DNA of 64,000 bases, taken from the IMG/VR virus record IMGVR_UViG_3300032242_001844, one strand, 5' to 3'. Under the pieces are notes generated by a model that saw only the letters and a program-made list of their open reading frames with translations, made no database searches and was not told where the DNA came from. The stretch comes from a virus. Both the position numbers and the translations under genes were made by a program. Position 1 is the first letter of the stretch. Each line of letters starts with the position of its first letter. Positions 47,338 through 57,350 of the stretch are shown in pieces.

Positions 47338-47367
47338 TATTTATACACGATAAAAAATATTTGTCAA
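47338..47367 (-). promoter_or_regulatory. Composite promoter (TTGACA-16-TATAAA overlapping TATAAATA late box)
   Basis: TTGACA 47367-47362; TATAAATA 47345-47338. Confidence 0.65.
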
Positions 47368-47370
47368 GAA

Positions 47371-48300
47371 TTATTTTATGCTTGCCCAAACTTTTTTTAC
47401 ATCACTCTTTTGTGCAGTAGTTAGCGGAACATAATCTAGTTCTTCTGCCATCTTGTCATTAGCATAGCCAAATTCAAAAAACTTGATTGCAGCCTTTGAA
47501 GCATCACTATCGCTTGGTGCTTTATACATTACGATATAAGAAGTAGCAACCATTGGCCAAGTAGTTTGGAAAGCCTTTAGGCTTGGAGAAACTGCCTTGC
47601 CATCGCTACCAATCATATTAGCTGTAGTAAGATCATTCTGCTTTGCATATGCATATTCTACATAACCAATTGAACCATTGGTTTGTTGAACATTAGCTGC
47701 AACGCCAGCGTTACCATTAGCGCCAATAGCACCGCCTATCCATTCAATTGATTGTCCAAAGTTATATGTCTTCTTCCAATCGGCATTTGCTTCTGCAAGG
47801 AAGCGTGTGAAATTCCAAGTAGTACCGCTACCATCACTACGACGAATCTTAATGATTGGAAGATCAGGTAGTGCAACACCAGGATTGATTGCTGCAATTT
47901 CCTTGTCATTCCAACGCTTGATCTTTTCCATATAGATTTTAGCAAGGATATCGGTTGAAAGCGTTAGCTTGCCACTTGCAACTTCTTTGAGATTTACAAC
48001 TGGAACAATACCACCAACGATCATAGGGAACTGTACTTGACCTTTCTTTTCTAGGTCTTCTGGCTTTACTGGAATGTCAGTAGCACCAAATGTAACTGTT
48101 TTAGCTTCAATCTGCTTCATACCTGCGCCACTACCGATTGATTGATAGTTTAGTGTATTGCCTGAACTCTTCTTATAAGCATCTGCCCATTTTGCATAGA
48201 TTGGATATGGGAAGGTAGCACCTGCACCTGTAATTTCAGCAGCATAAGCTGCTGTACCAATAATCGTTGCTGCTGCAACTGCGAGTAGTCTGGTTAGCAT
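47371..48300 (-). CDS. pstS: Phosphate ABC transporter substrate-binding protein PstS
   Basis: ITGAGATFPYP, YQSIGSGAG, RSDGSGTT, IGYVEYAY. Confidence 0.95.
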   Translation of the reverse strand: MLTRLLAVAAATIIGTAAYAAEITGAGATFPYPIYAKWADAYKKSSGNTLNYQSIGSGAGMKQIEAKTVTFGATDIPVKPEDLEKKGQVQFPMIVGGIVPVVNLKEVASGKLTLSTDILAKIYMEKIKRWNDKEIAAINPGVALPDLPIIKIRRSDGSGTTWNFTRFLAEANADWKKTYNFGQSIEWIGGAIGANGNAGVAANVQQTNGSIGYVEYAYAKQNDLTTANMIGSDGKAVSPSLKAFQTTWPMVATSYIVMYKAPSDSDASKAAIKFFEFGYANDKMAEELDYVPLTTAQKSDVKKVWASIK

Positions 48301-48329
48301 ATGGTTTTCTCCTTTGAAATGCTAAACAT

Positions 48330-48363
48330 AATTTATCATACTATTATGACAGTATTATGACAC
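48330..48363 (-). promoter_or_regulatory. Pho box promoter of pstS
   Basis: GTGTCAT-AATA-CTGTCAT, 10 nt, then TAAATT. Confidence 0.8.
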
Positions 48364-49215
48364 TAACTTCATTCCATAATTATTAATTTGATCTGGTATT
48401 ACTAGTCCTGTTTTTTTTATTAGTTTGTTATTTTTAAATGGACGATAATCAACATGGTGGTGCCAACGATTAAAACGCCATACTACTTTGGCAACATCTG
48501 GATGTAAATCAGCTAACATCTGAGATTTTGCCATCGTGCCTTCTTGTTTGTAAAAGTCAGCAGTATTGCCACCTGCCATCCGCTGTGTAGTAACTTTTCC
48601 AGCTAAGAAAGTATTAAATTGGATAGTACAAAACCCATCTTTTAATACTCGTAACGATAGATCGGTGTCTTCATTGTATCGTCCACGCCAACGATATGGT
48701 ATATCGTTTTGTATAAGAAGAATAGAATAAATTCTAGTATTCAGTACAAATGGCGGTACCGCATCCGTTGCTTTGCAGAAACTATAGTAATTAAATCCAC
48801 TTATTGGAACATTTTCATATCTGTCTACAAAATCTTCTGCAATTTTAAATATTGTTCCGCTTTTAACTTCTGCTTTAACATTGCGATTAAAACGATGAAA
48901 CGCATCAAAGTTATCATCCAATACCCAATGTTTAGTTGCGCCTTGGCTTATACTATGTTCCCATGCAAAGTTTCTAGCAGCGCCAGGCCCTTTGCTCTTA
49001 GTGCTTCCAAGATTGTCACATGTATCATATTCATCTAGATATTTTTGGTCAAGTACAAGAATTTTTTTAGGATCAATGACAGCGGCATATTTGTCATATT
49101 CACTTGCTTCGACTACAATATGATATGGCACATTAATTTCTTCTAGTGCTTTACTGGTTAGCCTAGATTCCCATCTGCCTTTAGATACTATATAAACTGG
49201 ATGATTAGGATTCAT
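48355..49215 (-). CDS. GREB1-like/TET-associated glycosyltransferase (TAGT)
   Basis: VYIVSKGR, GAARN, WVLDDN, NEDTDLSLRVL, MAGGNT. Confidence 0.75.
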   Translation of the reverse strand: MNPNHPVYIVSKGRWESRLTSKALEEINVPYHIVVEASEYDKYAAVIDPKKILVLDQKYLDEYDTCDNLGSTKSKGPGAARNFAWEHSISQGATKHWVLDDNFDAFHRFNRNVKAEVKSGTIFKIAEDFVDRYENVPISGFNYYSFCKATDAVPPFVLNTRIYSILLIQNDIPYRWRGRYNEDTDLSLRVLKDGFCTIQFNTFLAGKVTTQRMAGGNTADFYKQEGTMAKSQMLADLHPDVAKVVWRFNRWHHHVDYRPFKNNKLIKKTGLVIPDQINNYGMKLVS

Positions 49216-49471
49216 CTACCCACCGCTTGCTTGCGTTAAGCCCACGAACTAATTGAGGATGCCAAATACTTTTTGTTTTTGGAGTAAGTTTTTGACCAAT
49301 TAATTTACTAAATTCTTCTAATGCTTCTGCGCTGTCAAATCTTACAATGATCTTAGCAAATGGTTCTTGCTTTTCCTGCACAAATTCAGGCATGTTTTTC
49401 CATTCATCGCGTGGATTAAATGTATGAGTTTCCTCTTCTTCAAACAAGTTGTTATCAAGCTGCTTGGTCAT
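49205..49471 (-). CDS. Small protein coupled to the TAGT gene
   Basis: EWKNMPEF...KSIWHP; overlaps both neighbours. Confidence 0.65.
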   Translation of the reverse strand: MTKQLDNNLFEEEETHTFNPRDEWKNMPEFVQEKQEPFAKIIVRFDSAEALEEFSKLIGQKLTPKTKSIWHPQLVRGLNASKRWVDES

Positions 49472-50694
49472 TATTCTTCCTCAAATAAATTATTAAACAC
49501 AGTATTAATTTTAGCTTCTTCTCTTTTTTCAACGATTGCAATACGAGCACGAGCAATATCAATATACTCTTGGCTCATCTCAATACCGATAAAGTTAAAT
49601 CCACCAAGCATTGCACCACGACCAGTAGAACCACTGCCCATAAATGGATCAAGAACAGTCCCGTTGGGTGGTGTCACCATCTTGCACAAGTAAATCATTA
49701 AATCAGTTGGTTTTACTGTTGGATGTGTATTTTTTCTAACAGTTGCGCCGCGCTGATAAGCGTTGTTAGCATCTACCTTGCGACCGTCATTTGTTTTTCC
49801 ACCTTCAAAATCATCTAATCCATCATTGCGATCTTGTGGACTTGCTTTTGCGCCATAGAAAAACTTTGACCATTCTGTTTCTATGCTGCCATCATGAATA
49901 AAGTTTGCTGGCCAACGACCAAGATCATTTGGTTTGTACTCTACGCCATTTTGATCTGTATAATATGCGTTAGGACGAAAACCATGCTCGGCGTTTTTCT
50001 TATCTTGTGCCGCCCATCCAGTTCCTATCATAGCTTTTGGTAGTTCGCCTTCAACACGAGTAGCATCAATATTCAGTGCACCTGTGCCATGTTTTAACAC
50101 ATTTTCTGCAACAGTTTTTTCACCCAACGGTTTTCTTGCTACGCAAATTGGTTCATGCGATGGTTTAAGTGCAGTTCCCCATCCGCTCCATTGTTGCGCT
50201 TCTGGCGTTGCGGGATTATCATTTGTAATTCCACCTTTGCGTTCATCGCTCATAACGCCATTATTTGGAAGAGTTGCTGTTTCTCTGCTTTCGCCAGGCC
50301 GCTGTTCAATTGCAGATTTAATATTTTTACTATGTGAACCGCCTGTTAATATCTTGGCATCAATTGCTTTACTAACATCATGATTCTTTGGAAACCCTGT
50401 GCCATACACCCACATAATTTGGTCACGAATTTCAAAACCAGCATCTTCAATGGCAACCGTCATACGATGATATGTGCGTGAACCGCTAAACGCAAGCATA
50501 TGTCCGCCTGGTTTTAACACACGCAGAACTTCACGCCACATATCCGTATTATACGCAATGCCACTGGCATCCCAACTTTTACCCATAAATCCAAGTTCAT
50601 ACGGTGGATCGGTTACAATGCTATCAACGCTATTGTCAGGTAGAGTTTTGAGTTGAACACGACAGTCGCCGTGCAGTAATGTTACATTTGCCAT
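49471..50694 (-). CDS. DNA amino-methyltransferase (N6A/N4C, beta class)
   Basis: TDPPY before VLDPFMGSGST; HPTVKP. Confidence 0.9.
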   Translation of the reverse strand: MANVTLLHGDCRVQLKTLPDNSVDSIVTDPPYELGFMGKSWDASGIAYNTDMWREVLRVLKPGGHMLAFSGSRTYHRMTVAIEDAGFEIRDQIMWVYGTGFPKNHDVSKAIDAKILTGGSHSKNIKSAIEQRPGESRETATLPNNGVMSDERKGGITNDNPATPEAQQWSGWGTALKPSHEPICVARKPLGEKTVAENVLKHGTGALNIDATRVEGELPKAMIGTGWAAQDKKNAEHGFRPNAYYTDQNGVEYKPNDLGRWPANFIHDGSIETEWSKFFYGAKASPQDRNDGLDDFEGGKTNDGRKVDANNAYQRGATVRKNTHPTVKPTDLMIYLCKMVTPPNGTVLDPFMGSGSTGRGAMLGGFNFIGIEMSQEYIDIARARIAIVEKREEAKINTVFNNLFEEE

Positions 50695-50762
50695 ACATAT
50701 AATTTACCATTTCGTATAACTACTGTCAAGATAAATATTCTTATAGATTCGGGGAATCATAA

Positions 50763-51062
50763 ATGTCAGTTCTTTTAAGAAAAGGTGCCTATGCAGTAGC
50801 AAATGCACAAACAATCACCACGGGCAGCAGTAGCAACTCAACGGCTGCATTTAGTAGCGTAGCAAGTATACTTCGTGTAACAACAAATGCAGACACATAT
50901 ATTGCTTGGGGTGCTAATCCTACTGCTTTCAATACTGGAAATTGTATGCTAATCGTAGGCGGTGGTGTTGAATTTATCGCTGTCAATGGCGGTGACAAAG
51001 TAGCAGCAATTCAAAGTACCACTAGCGGTCTTTGCAATGTTCTTGAATTAAAGAGCCAGTAA
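50763..51062 (+). CDS. Small virion-type protein
   Basis: TAAATA and GGGGA upstream; beta-rich. Confidence 0.55.
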   Translation: MSVLLRKGAYAVANAQTITTGSSSNSTAAFSSVASILRVTTNADTYIAWGANPTAFNTGNCMLIVGGGVEFIAVNGGDKVAAIQSTTSGLCNVLELKSQ

Positions 51063-51355
51063 TGCCTGGTTTACATAAGGGTTTGCTACGCCCACATAGC
51101 ACAAGTGCAACAACTACCGCTCAAACCAATGGCGTAATTGCTGTTGCTAATGGCAGTAGTTTGCGCAGTGCGACGGTAAAGAAAAGCGATTTTAAAAGCG
51201 GAATGCCAACCAACGGTATGAAGATCACCGTTGCTGGTGGAACTGGCACTATTAGCGGTGTTTCCACGAGTGGTGCTAATTATGTAATTACATATAGTGG
51301 CGGCAATGCTTTTACTGGTGGTCTAGGAAATCCATATACGGTTTATCGTGGATAA
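51062..51355 (+). CDS. Small virion-type protein
   Basis: Coupled ORF, Gly/Thr-rich. Confidence 0.5.
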   Translation: MPGLHKGLLRPHSTSATTTAQTNGVIAVANGSSLRSATVKKSDFKSGMPTNGMKITVAGGTGTISGVSTSGANYVITYSGGNAFTGGLGNPYTVYRG

Positions 51356-53310
51356 TGACGCATTATCAAGAATTAAAAAATTTTTTAGATAAATTACCTC
51401 CGCCTTGGCAAATTTACGATTATCTTGATCCTATCAATACTATAAAAAATAAATTCAACACTAATGAATATCCTATTGTTAATATAAGCAATGATTTAGA
51501 ATTTTCAACCACTCAAGATATAGTTAACGAAATTGAAAAAATTTATGACAAATTTTTAATTTTATCAGGAAATTTACAATATTGGTATAAACCAACAAAT
51601 AATATAGTTTATTTTCCTTGGTTCTTGTATACAACCTCATCTGACAACTTTGATACTAACTTAATTAAAAATTCACAAAGAAAATATCTAGTATCTTGTT
51701 TAAATGGTCGCAGTAGACCGCATCGTGTAGAAAATTTTGTTAAAATGTCTACTAAATCATGGTTTGATAAAACATATTATACTATCTTCAACAATTATAA
51801 TCATGCACATGAAAGCAATGAAACAGAAGTGCAATATGCCAATAAAAACATATTGCCTACATTTTTAAATTTAATAAAAGATAAACCTAGCACTTATCCA
51901 TCAGCGATGACTGTTAGTAATCCTGCTTGGAGAAACAGTTATATAAGTTTAATTACAGATGCTTCTGTTAGTAATTCATCGCATTTTATATCTGAAAAAA
52001 CATATAAACCATTAAAATGCGGCATGATTCCTCTTTATATAACAGGTGTAGAAATTGTAAAATTTTTACGAGAAATTGGATTTGATATGTTTGATGATAT
52101 CATAGATCATAGTTATGACACAGAATCAGATTGGCATAAACGAATCGATATGGTACACGACCAAATAGATAAAGTAAGTGGTTATGATTGGCCTAAAATT
52201 TATGAAGATACATTTGAGCGCAGACTTGCTAATAGTAAATTATTCTATAGCGAAGATTTGCTAAAGAAATTAACTAAACATATAACTTTAGATACATCGT
52301 TACCAAATATAAACATAAGTCAGCCAAAAATAGTTGAACATAAAAAATATTGGAATTTTATAGAAAATTCTATTTCATTTTGGAATTTGTTTGATTTTGA
52401 AAAAACTAAGAAATTTGATATGGACACAGATAAAATAAAATCTGGTATTAAAAATGATAAGTTAATCATAGATTTATCAAATTGTCCATATAATGATACC
52501 ACAGAAAAAATAGTTCCTGAACTATCAAAAACATTTGATGATTTTTTAATACTAACTGGTGATGTAAAATATCTTAATAACGCATTAGATAAAGCTGCGT
52601 ATTTTCCATATTGTTATCTTCAATCGCATGACCATAAATCATCTTCACTTTTAGTTACAAATTCTTATAGACACTATCCTATATCTTGTTTAAATGGTCG
52701 CAGTAGACCGCATAGAATAGAAAATTTTGTAAAGTTAGTAAAAAAACCATGGTTTAATAAGCTGCGTTTTTCAATGTATAATAACTTTGATGAGGCACAA
52801 GAAAAAACAGAAAGGCCTGGATTGCATTTTTGTGACGATACTATATTTCCAACTTATCTAAGTTTATGCGATAGACTTCCAGAAAAATATCCTATTGATT
52901 ATTCTGTTCAAGATGAAGCTTATCATAACTCATATATTAATCTTGTTACTGAGACAACCGTTAATACTATAGATTTATATGTCAGTGAAAAAAGTTGGAA
53001 GCCATTTCGTGCTGGACAGATGCCAATATTTCTTGGCAATCCAACGCTTGTTAATTTTTTTCGTGACCTTGGGTTTGATGTATTTGATGATATCATAGAT
53101 CATAGCTATGATCTTGAAAAAAATTGGCACAAGAGAATTGACATGATTCATGAACAACTTGATACAATTGTAGATTATAACTGGAAAAAGATATTTAAAG
53201 ATACAGAAGAACGCCGATTGGCAAACTATAACCTGTTTTACAGTCAAGAATTGTTAGATAAACTTACTGCACAATTAGATTATGATCATTGGATTGGCAA
53301 CAATAACTAA
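51355..53310 (+). CDS. Tandem-duplicated glycosyltransferase-like protein (SEKT/S family)
   Basis: SCLNGRSRPHR, SEKTYKP/SEKSWKP, FDDIIDHSYD each occur twice. Confidence 0.55.
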   Translation: MTHYQELKNFLDKLPPPWQIYDYLDPINTIKNKFNTNEYPIVNISNDLEFSTTQDIVNEIEKIYDKFLILSGNLQYWYKPTNNIVYFPWFLYTTSSDNFDTNLIKNSQRKYLVSCLNGRSRPHRVENFVKMSTKSWFDKTYYTIFNNYNHAHESNETEVQYANKNILPTFLNLIKDKPSTYPSAMTVSNPAWRNSYISLITDASVSNSSHFISEKTYKPLKCGMIPLYITGVEIVKFLREIGFDMFDDIIDHSYDTESDWHKRIDMVHDQIDKVSGYDWPKIYEDTFERRLANSKLFYSEDLLKKLTKHITLDTSLPNINISQPKIVEHKKYWNFIENSISFWNLFDFEKTKKFDMDTDKIKSGIKNDKLIIDLSNCPYNDTTEKIVPELSKTFDDFLILTGDVKYLNNALDKAAYFPYCYLQSHDHKSSSLLVTNSYRHYPISCLNGRSRPHRIENFVKLVKKPWFNKLRFSMYNNFDEAQEKTERPGLHFCDDTIFPTYLSLCDRLPEKYPIDYSVQDEAYHNSYINLVTETTVNTIDLYVSEKSWKPFRAGQMPIFLGNPTLVNFFRDLGFDVFDDIIDHSYDLEKNWHKRIDMIHEQLDTIVDYNWKKIFKDTEERRLANYNLFYSQELLDKLTAQLDYDHWIGNNN

Positions 53311-53332
53311 ATATCTAAAACAGGATTTACCT

Positions 53333-53686
53333 ATGGAAGCCGCAGAACTCATCCGCAAACTAATAGATGTTTTAACACAAATTAACGAACCAGCACAGGC
53401 TGCTGCTCCGCAAGGTGCTAAACTTACAGCAGTTCTTGCTCCACAGCCTACTGGCGATTTCCCAGAAGATGAACATACCAACGATGAAACTGGCGGTGTA
53501 ATGGTGCCTCCACTGCAGCAGAAGATGGAATTACTTAAAAAAATAAGTGGTGTTGATAGCGTTTATGATCAAGGTGAATCTAGCGAAGAGTCACAAGAAG
53601 ATGAATTATCAATCATCAAGCGTAATGCTGGTATTCCAATGTTAACAATGGTAGCCAGTGAAGATAACGACGCATTGGAGAACTAA
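53333..53686 (+). CDS. Acidic hypothetical late protein
   Basis: TAAATA and AGGA before ATG 53333. Confidence 0.6.
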   Translation: MEAAELIRKLIDVLTQINEPAQAAAPQGAKLTAVLAPQPTGDFPEDEHTNDETGGVMVPPLQQKMELLKKISGVDSVYDQGESSEESQEDELSIIKRNAGIPMLTMVASEDNDALEN

Positions 53687-55213
53687 TTGTCTATCCGCAA
53701 ACTACGAGCAGGTAGAGTTCCAAATGTTTATGCTAACAATTGGGTTGGTGAAACGGGAACACTATTCTATGATGAAACCACTGGACAATTTAAGATTGCT
53801 GATGGCGTGACGCCAGGTGGACACTTTGTAAATATCGTAGTTGCAAGTAATGTTCAAGTTGGTGGTATTAAAGCGGGTGCTGGTGCTAACATAGGAACAG
53901 ATGGTACACTTACAATTGACACAACTGGTCTGCCGCTAAGTGTTGCAGATTTCTCGTTTACAGGCGGAAATCTTTCAGTAGTAAATTCAAATGAAAATAT
54001 GAATTTGATTACCAATGGCAGAGGTAATGTTAATATTATTGGTAATTTACAGTTATTTTCTACAAATAATGGTTATGCTTATCCTAATACACCAATATTT
54101 ACTGTATTAAATAGCGGTAATGCTATAGTTAACGGTAATTTAATTACTAATGGTAATACTAATGCTATCGGAACTTTTACCTTTGTTGGACCAGCAATAC
54201 ATTATGGTAACTTAACAATAAATGGCAACACTATTAATAATGGTTCAACCATTAATAATGGCGCATTGATTCAAAATGGTAATTTAAGAGCAGTTGGACA
54301 ATCAACTCATATTGTGGCTAATATTGCTACAACTACAACTGCAGGATTTATTATAACTGGAAATGCGTTAGGTCTTTCACAGGCACCTATAAACACTGGC
54401 GTTGGTCTACATGTTAGCGGTTATGATGATGGTAATACACCTAGTAGAATTTATGTGGATAGTATTGGTCAATATGCTGTAATCGCAGGTCGTAGATTTA
54501 ATGGCAATATCGGCACACCCACGCAAGTTTTAGCAAATCAAGACATTGTTCGTTATGCTGGTACTCCCTATACATCTGGTGGTTGGCCAACTATTGGACC
54601 TGCTCGTATGACATTTACAGCAAGTGAAGATATTAGTAGCACTAACCAAGGTGGTCGCATTGAATTTTGGGCAACATCTAATGGCACAGTTGCATCAACA
54701 AATATTCAACGCATTGCAACTGTTGATGCTGGTGTTGGTATTACAAGTAATTTAAATGTTACCGCAGTTGGTAATATTATATCAGCAGGTGCAAATATTG
54801 GCAATATTACTGTCACTAATAATGCAACTGTTAATAATAACCTAACAACTACTAATGCTTTTGCACAAAATTATAACATTGCAAGTAATGGTATTCGCAA
54901 TCTTGGGCCAAATACTTCACCAACTATTAATTTTGCAACTGATAGTTTAGTGCTAATTTATAATCCTGGCGGAACTGTTACATTTAGTTTAACAAACTTT
55001 ATTGCGGGCAGTTATATTAAAGCACTTGTAGCACTTACTGCAAATAGAACTATCAATTTTGGCGTTGCTAATGCTATGCACAGCACAAGTGGCGCAACAA
55101 GTGTTACATTTGGTGGAGGAGGTAATCCAACCGCACCATCAACACTTTCATTAGAATATGTTTGCGTTGATGGCACATTGGCAAATACCTATGTTATTGT
55201 AAATTATATCTAA
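53687..55213 (+). CDS. Tail-fibre-like structural protein
   Basis: GETGTLFYD..FKIADGVTPGG N-terminal fibre module. Confidence 0.65.
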   Translation: MSIRKLRAGRVPNVYANNWVGETGTLFYDETTGQFKIADGVTPGGHFVNIVVASNVQVGGIKAGAGANIGTDGTLTIDTTGLPLSVADFSFTGGNLSVVNSNENMNLITNGRGNVNIIGNLQLFSTNNGYAYPNTPIFTVLNSGNAIVNGNLITNGNTNAIGTFTFVGPAIHYGNLTINGNTINNGSTINNGALIQNGNLRAVGQSTHIVANIATTTTAGFIITGNALGLSQAPINTGVGLHVSGYDDGNTPSRIYVDSIGQYAVIAGRRFNGNIGTPTQVLANQDIVRYAGTPYTSGGWPTIGPARMTFTASEDISSTNQGGRIEFWATSNGTVASTNIQRIATVDAGVGITSNLNVTAVGNIISAGANIGNITVTNNATVNNNLTTTNAFAQNYNIASNGIRNLGPNTSPTINFATDSLVLIYNPGGTVTFSLTNFIAGSYIKALVALTANRTINFGVANAMHSTSGATSVTFGGGGNPTAPSTLSLEYVCVDGTLANTYVIVNYI

Positions 55214-56037
55214 ACTTCCACTGTAAATTGTGGATTCCATCCTGAATATTCAGATGGATATCCACGAGGATTACAGACTACACGAGTTTTACCAATAGTG
55301 TAATCAAACACATTGTGCACATGACCTGCACACCACAGTTTTATCTGCGGATGATCTATAATAAAATCATCAAGGTTACTACAAAACGCTCCGTTCATAA
55401 TAATTTGCGTTTTATAATTTTCATGAACACTGCGGAAACTTGGCTGATGATGTGTAACCACCACCACCTTGCGGTCTTTTAGCAAAGATAGTTGAGTGCG
55501 CAACCAATCCAAGTCACTGTTATGTTTGGCAAAAGTGGTGACTGGACGCAACTTATGATATATTCCTTCCTTTGGATTTTCAGTAATGGCATGATAATCA
55601 CTCATTAAATCTTTTACTGACATCATAGTAAGAGGATCACCATTATTGAAATTAGTCCAGAGGCTTGCTCCGAGAAATGTTACATCACCAATATCAACAC
55701 GATCCTGATCACAGAATGAGATATTTGGATAGTGCTGCGTTTCTTCACGCATAATGCCAGTAACTTTTTCCCAATCACCGCTATAAAACTCGTGATTTCC
55801 CGCAACCATAATAACTTTTTCCCAATTATCGCTGCAATACTGTAAGAACTCACGATATAGCGCAGCCTTGTGACCGTTTTCGGCATTGTTGGGAAGAGAA
55901 CCACGAGGATGACGATATAGATGATGTGCTACACAAATATCGCCAGCAAGAACAAGAACATCACTGCCTATATTCTTGATAGGTGGGAGTTCTTTTCTAA
56001 ACTCCATATGTAAATCACTTACTATTTGAATTCTCAT
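55210..56037 (-). CDS. Metallophosphoesterase (calcineurin-like)
   Basis: SDLH, LAGD, GNHE, GHVH motifs. Confidence 0.9.
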   Translation of the reverse strand: MRIQIVSDLHMEFRKELPPIKNIGSDVLVLAGDICVAHHLYRHPRGSLPNNAENGHKAALYREFLQYCSDNWEKVIMVAGNHEFYSGDWEKVTGIMREETQHYPNISFCDQDRVDIGDVTFLGASLWTNFNNGDPLTMMSVKDLMSDYHAITENPKEGIYHKLRPVTTFAKHNSDLDWLRTQLSLLKDRKVVVVTHHQPSFRSVHENYKTQIIMNGAFCSNLDDFIIDHPQIKLWCAGHVHNVFDYTIGKTRVVCNPRGYPSEYSGWNPQFTVEV

Positions 56038-56221
56038 GACATACTTTCACATCTTTGCCATTTTCACTCTTAAACCAGCATCCACTTTCAAGCCAATCAC
56101 GATGCGGCACAGTAAGCGGCTTGCGTTCTGCTGCAACAGGAGATTGCGGCAAAACATAATCAGTGGTCTTCATACAACTACATAATAGCATAGCAGCAAC
56201 GATTGTCAATGCGTATTTCAT
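56015..56221 (-). CDS. Small putative lipoprotein
   Basis: Signal peptide with LCSC lipobox-like site. Confidence 0.5.
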   Translation of the reverse strand: MKYALTIVAAMLLCSCMKTTDYVLPQSPVAAERKPLTVPHRDWLESGCWFKSENGKDVKVCHENSNSK

Positions 56222-56946
56222 TTTAAATTTTCCTCGTAATAATCAATTATCCAAGTTGACATGATTTTTTTTAAATTTTCATCTACTACTGGATGACATA
56301 CATCTCTGGTTATAATTTTTAAATTTTCAGGGTCTGGTTCTACGCCATTATCAAACAACCAACGATTCATTTGAAAATTTTTTAAATCAACAAATCCTGC
56401 ATTTTTCTCAAATAATGCATTATAATTTGGATTTTGTTTTAAAAATTTTGGATATCCACCATCTGCAAAGTTAAAGATGATATGTTCATGGTTATTTTTC
56501 GCAAGCCACCCGCTGATATAACTTAAATCACGGAAATGTTTTTCTATATATTGATCAGTTATATAGGTTTTATGTTTAAACAACTGTTCTGGTAAAAATT
56601 TTAATTCATCATGATGAAATCCAAAGTCCCTTGCCATTGAATTTTGAATTATGCTACTAGGATTAAATTGGATATAATCAACCGTTCGACGATCTTTGAT
56701 ATCACGATAACCAAGTTCAAACCTATGCCAGAAACTCAATCCCCATATAATAAGTGCTTTTTCTGGTTTATCTATTAACATGCGATTGAAAAGGTTTCGT
56801 TCATGATAGTCAAACCCAGTGCCAGCTTTGGTTATGTCAACCAATTCTCCGCTAAAGTAATCTGTAATTTGTGTTAGTGGATTGGTTGCAGCATAACTGT
56901 TCATATAGCTGCAACCTACCAAATAGATATGACTAAACTTTTTCAA
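56218..56946 (-). CDS. SGNH-like hypothetical protein
   Basis: YLVGCSY N-terminus, C-terminal CHP. Confidence 0.45.
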   Translation of the reverse strand: MKKFSHIYLVGCSYMNSYAATNPLTQITDYFSGELVDITKAGTGFDYHERNLFNRMLIDKPEKALIIWGLSFWHRFELGYRDIKDRRTVDYIQFNPSSIIQNSMARDFGFHHDELKFLPEQLFKHKTYITDQYIEKHFRDLSYISGWLAKNNHEHIIFNFADGGYPKFLKQNPNYNALFEKNAGFVDLKNFQMNRWLFDNGVEPDPENLKIITRDVCHPVVDENLKKIMSTWIIDYYEENLK

Positions 56947-57112
56947 TATCTTCTTTCTTTTTCAAAACAATTTTATTATCTACGGTAATTTCCCAACAGA
57001 TAACCGTGCCTTCTTCCCAATCCATAAGTTTTAACACATCCTCTGGAAAAGGCAGCAATAAGTCTTTTGTATCAGGGTCTTCTTGTAATTCAACTGTCCA
57101 AGTCTTCGGCAT
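56933..57112 (-). CDS. AbrB/SpoVT/MazE-type DNA-binding protein (59 aa, not in ORF track)
   Basis: MPKTWTVELQED...LLPFPEDVLKLMDWEEG..I.W...KIVLKK. Confidence 0.7.
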   Translation of the reverse strand: MPKTWTVELQEDPDTKDLLLPFPEDVLKLMDWEEGTVICWEITVDNKIVLKKKEDIEKV

Positions 57113-57350
57113 TGGTTAACTCCATTAGTTGTGCAATTGTTATTTTAGCACTATGACGAATTGCTTCGGCTGGCACTGCTTCATTCATTTCACTTATAAT
57201 GGTAAATTCTCGCATTGCCAACTCAATGATGCGAGCGGCTTTCCATTCAACAGTGGTTTCTTTTGGCCAAGTAGAAATGCCACTCACTGGTGAACGCTCG
57301 CCCCACTCACAATTTTCTGCAATTTCATCAAGTTTCTCAACAATCTTCAT
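57090..57350 (-). CDS. Hypothetical protein
   Basis: Tightly packed early-type ORF. Confidence 0.55.
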   Translation of the reverse strand: MKIVEKLDEIAENCEWGERSPVSGISTWPKETTVEWKAARIIELAMREFTIISEMNEAVPAEAIRHSAKITIAQLMELTNAEDLDS

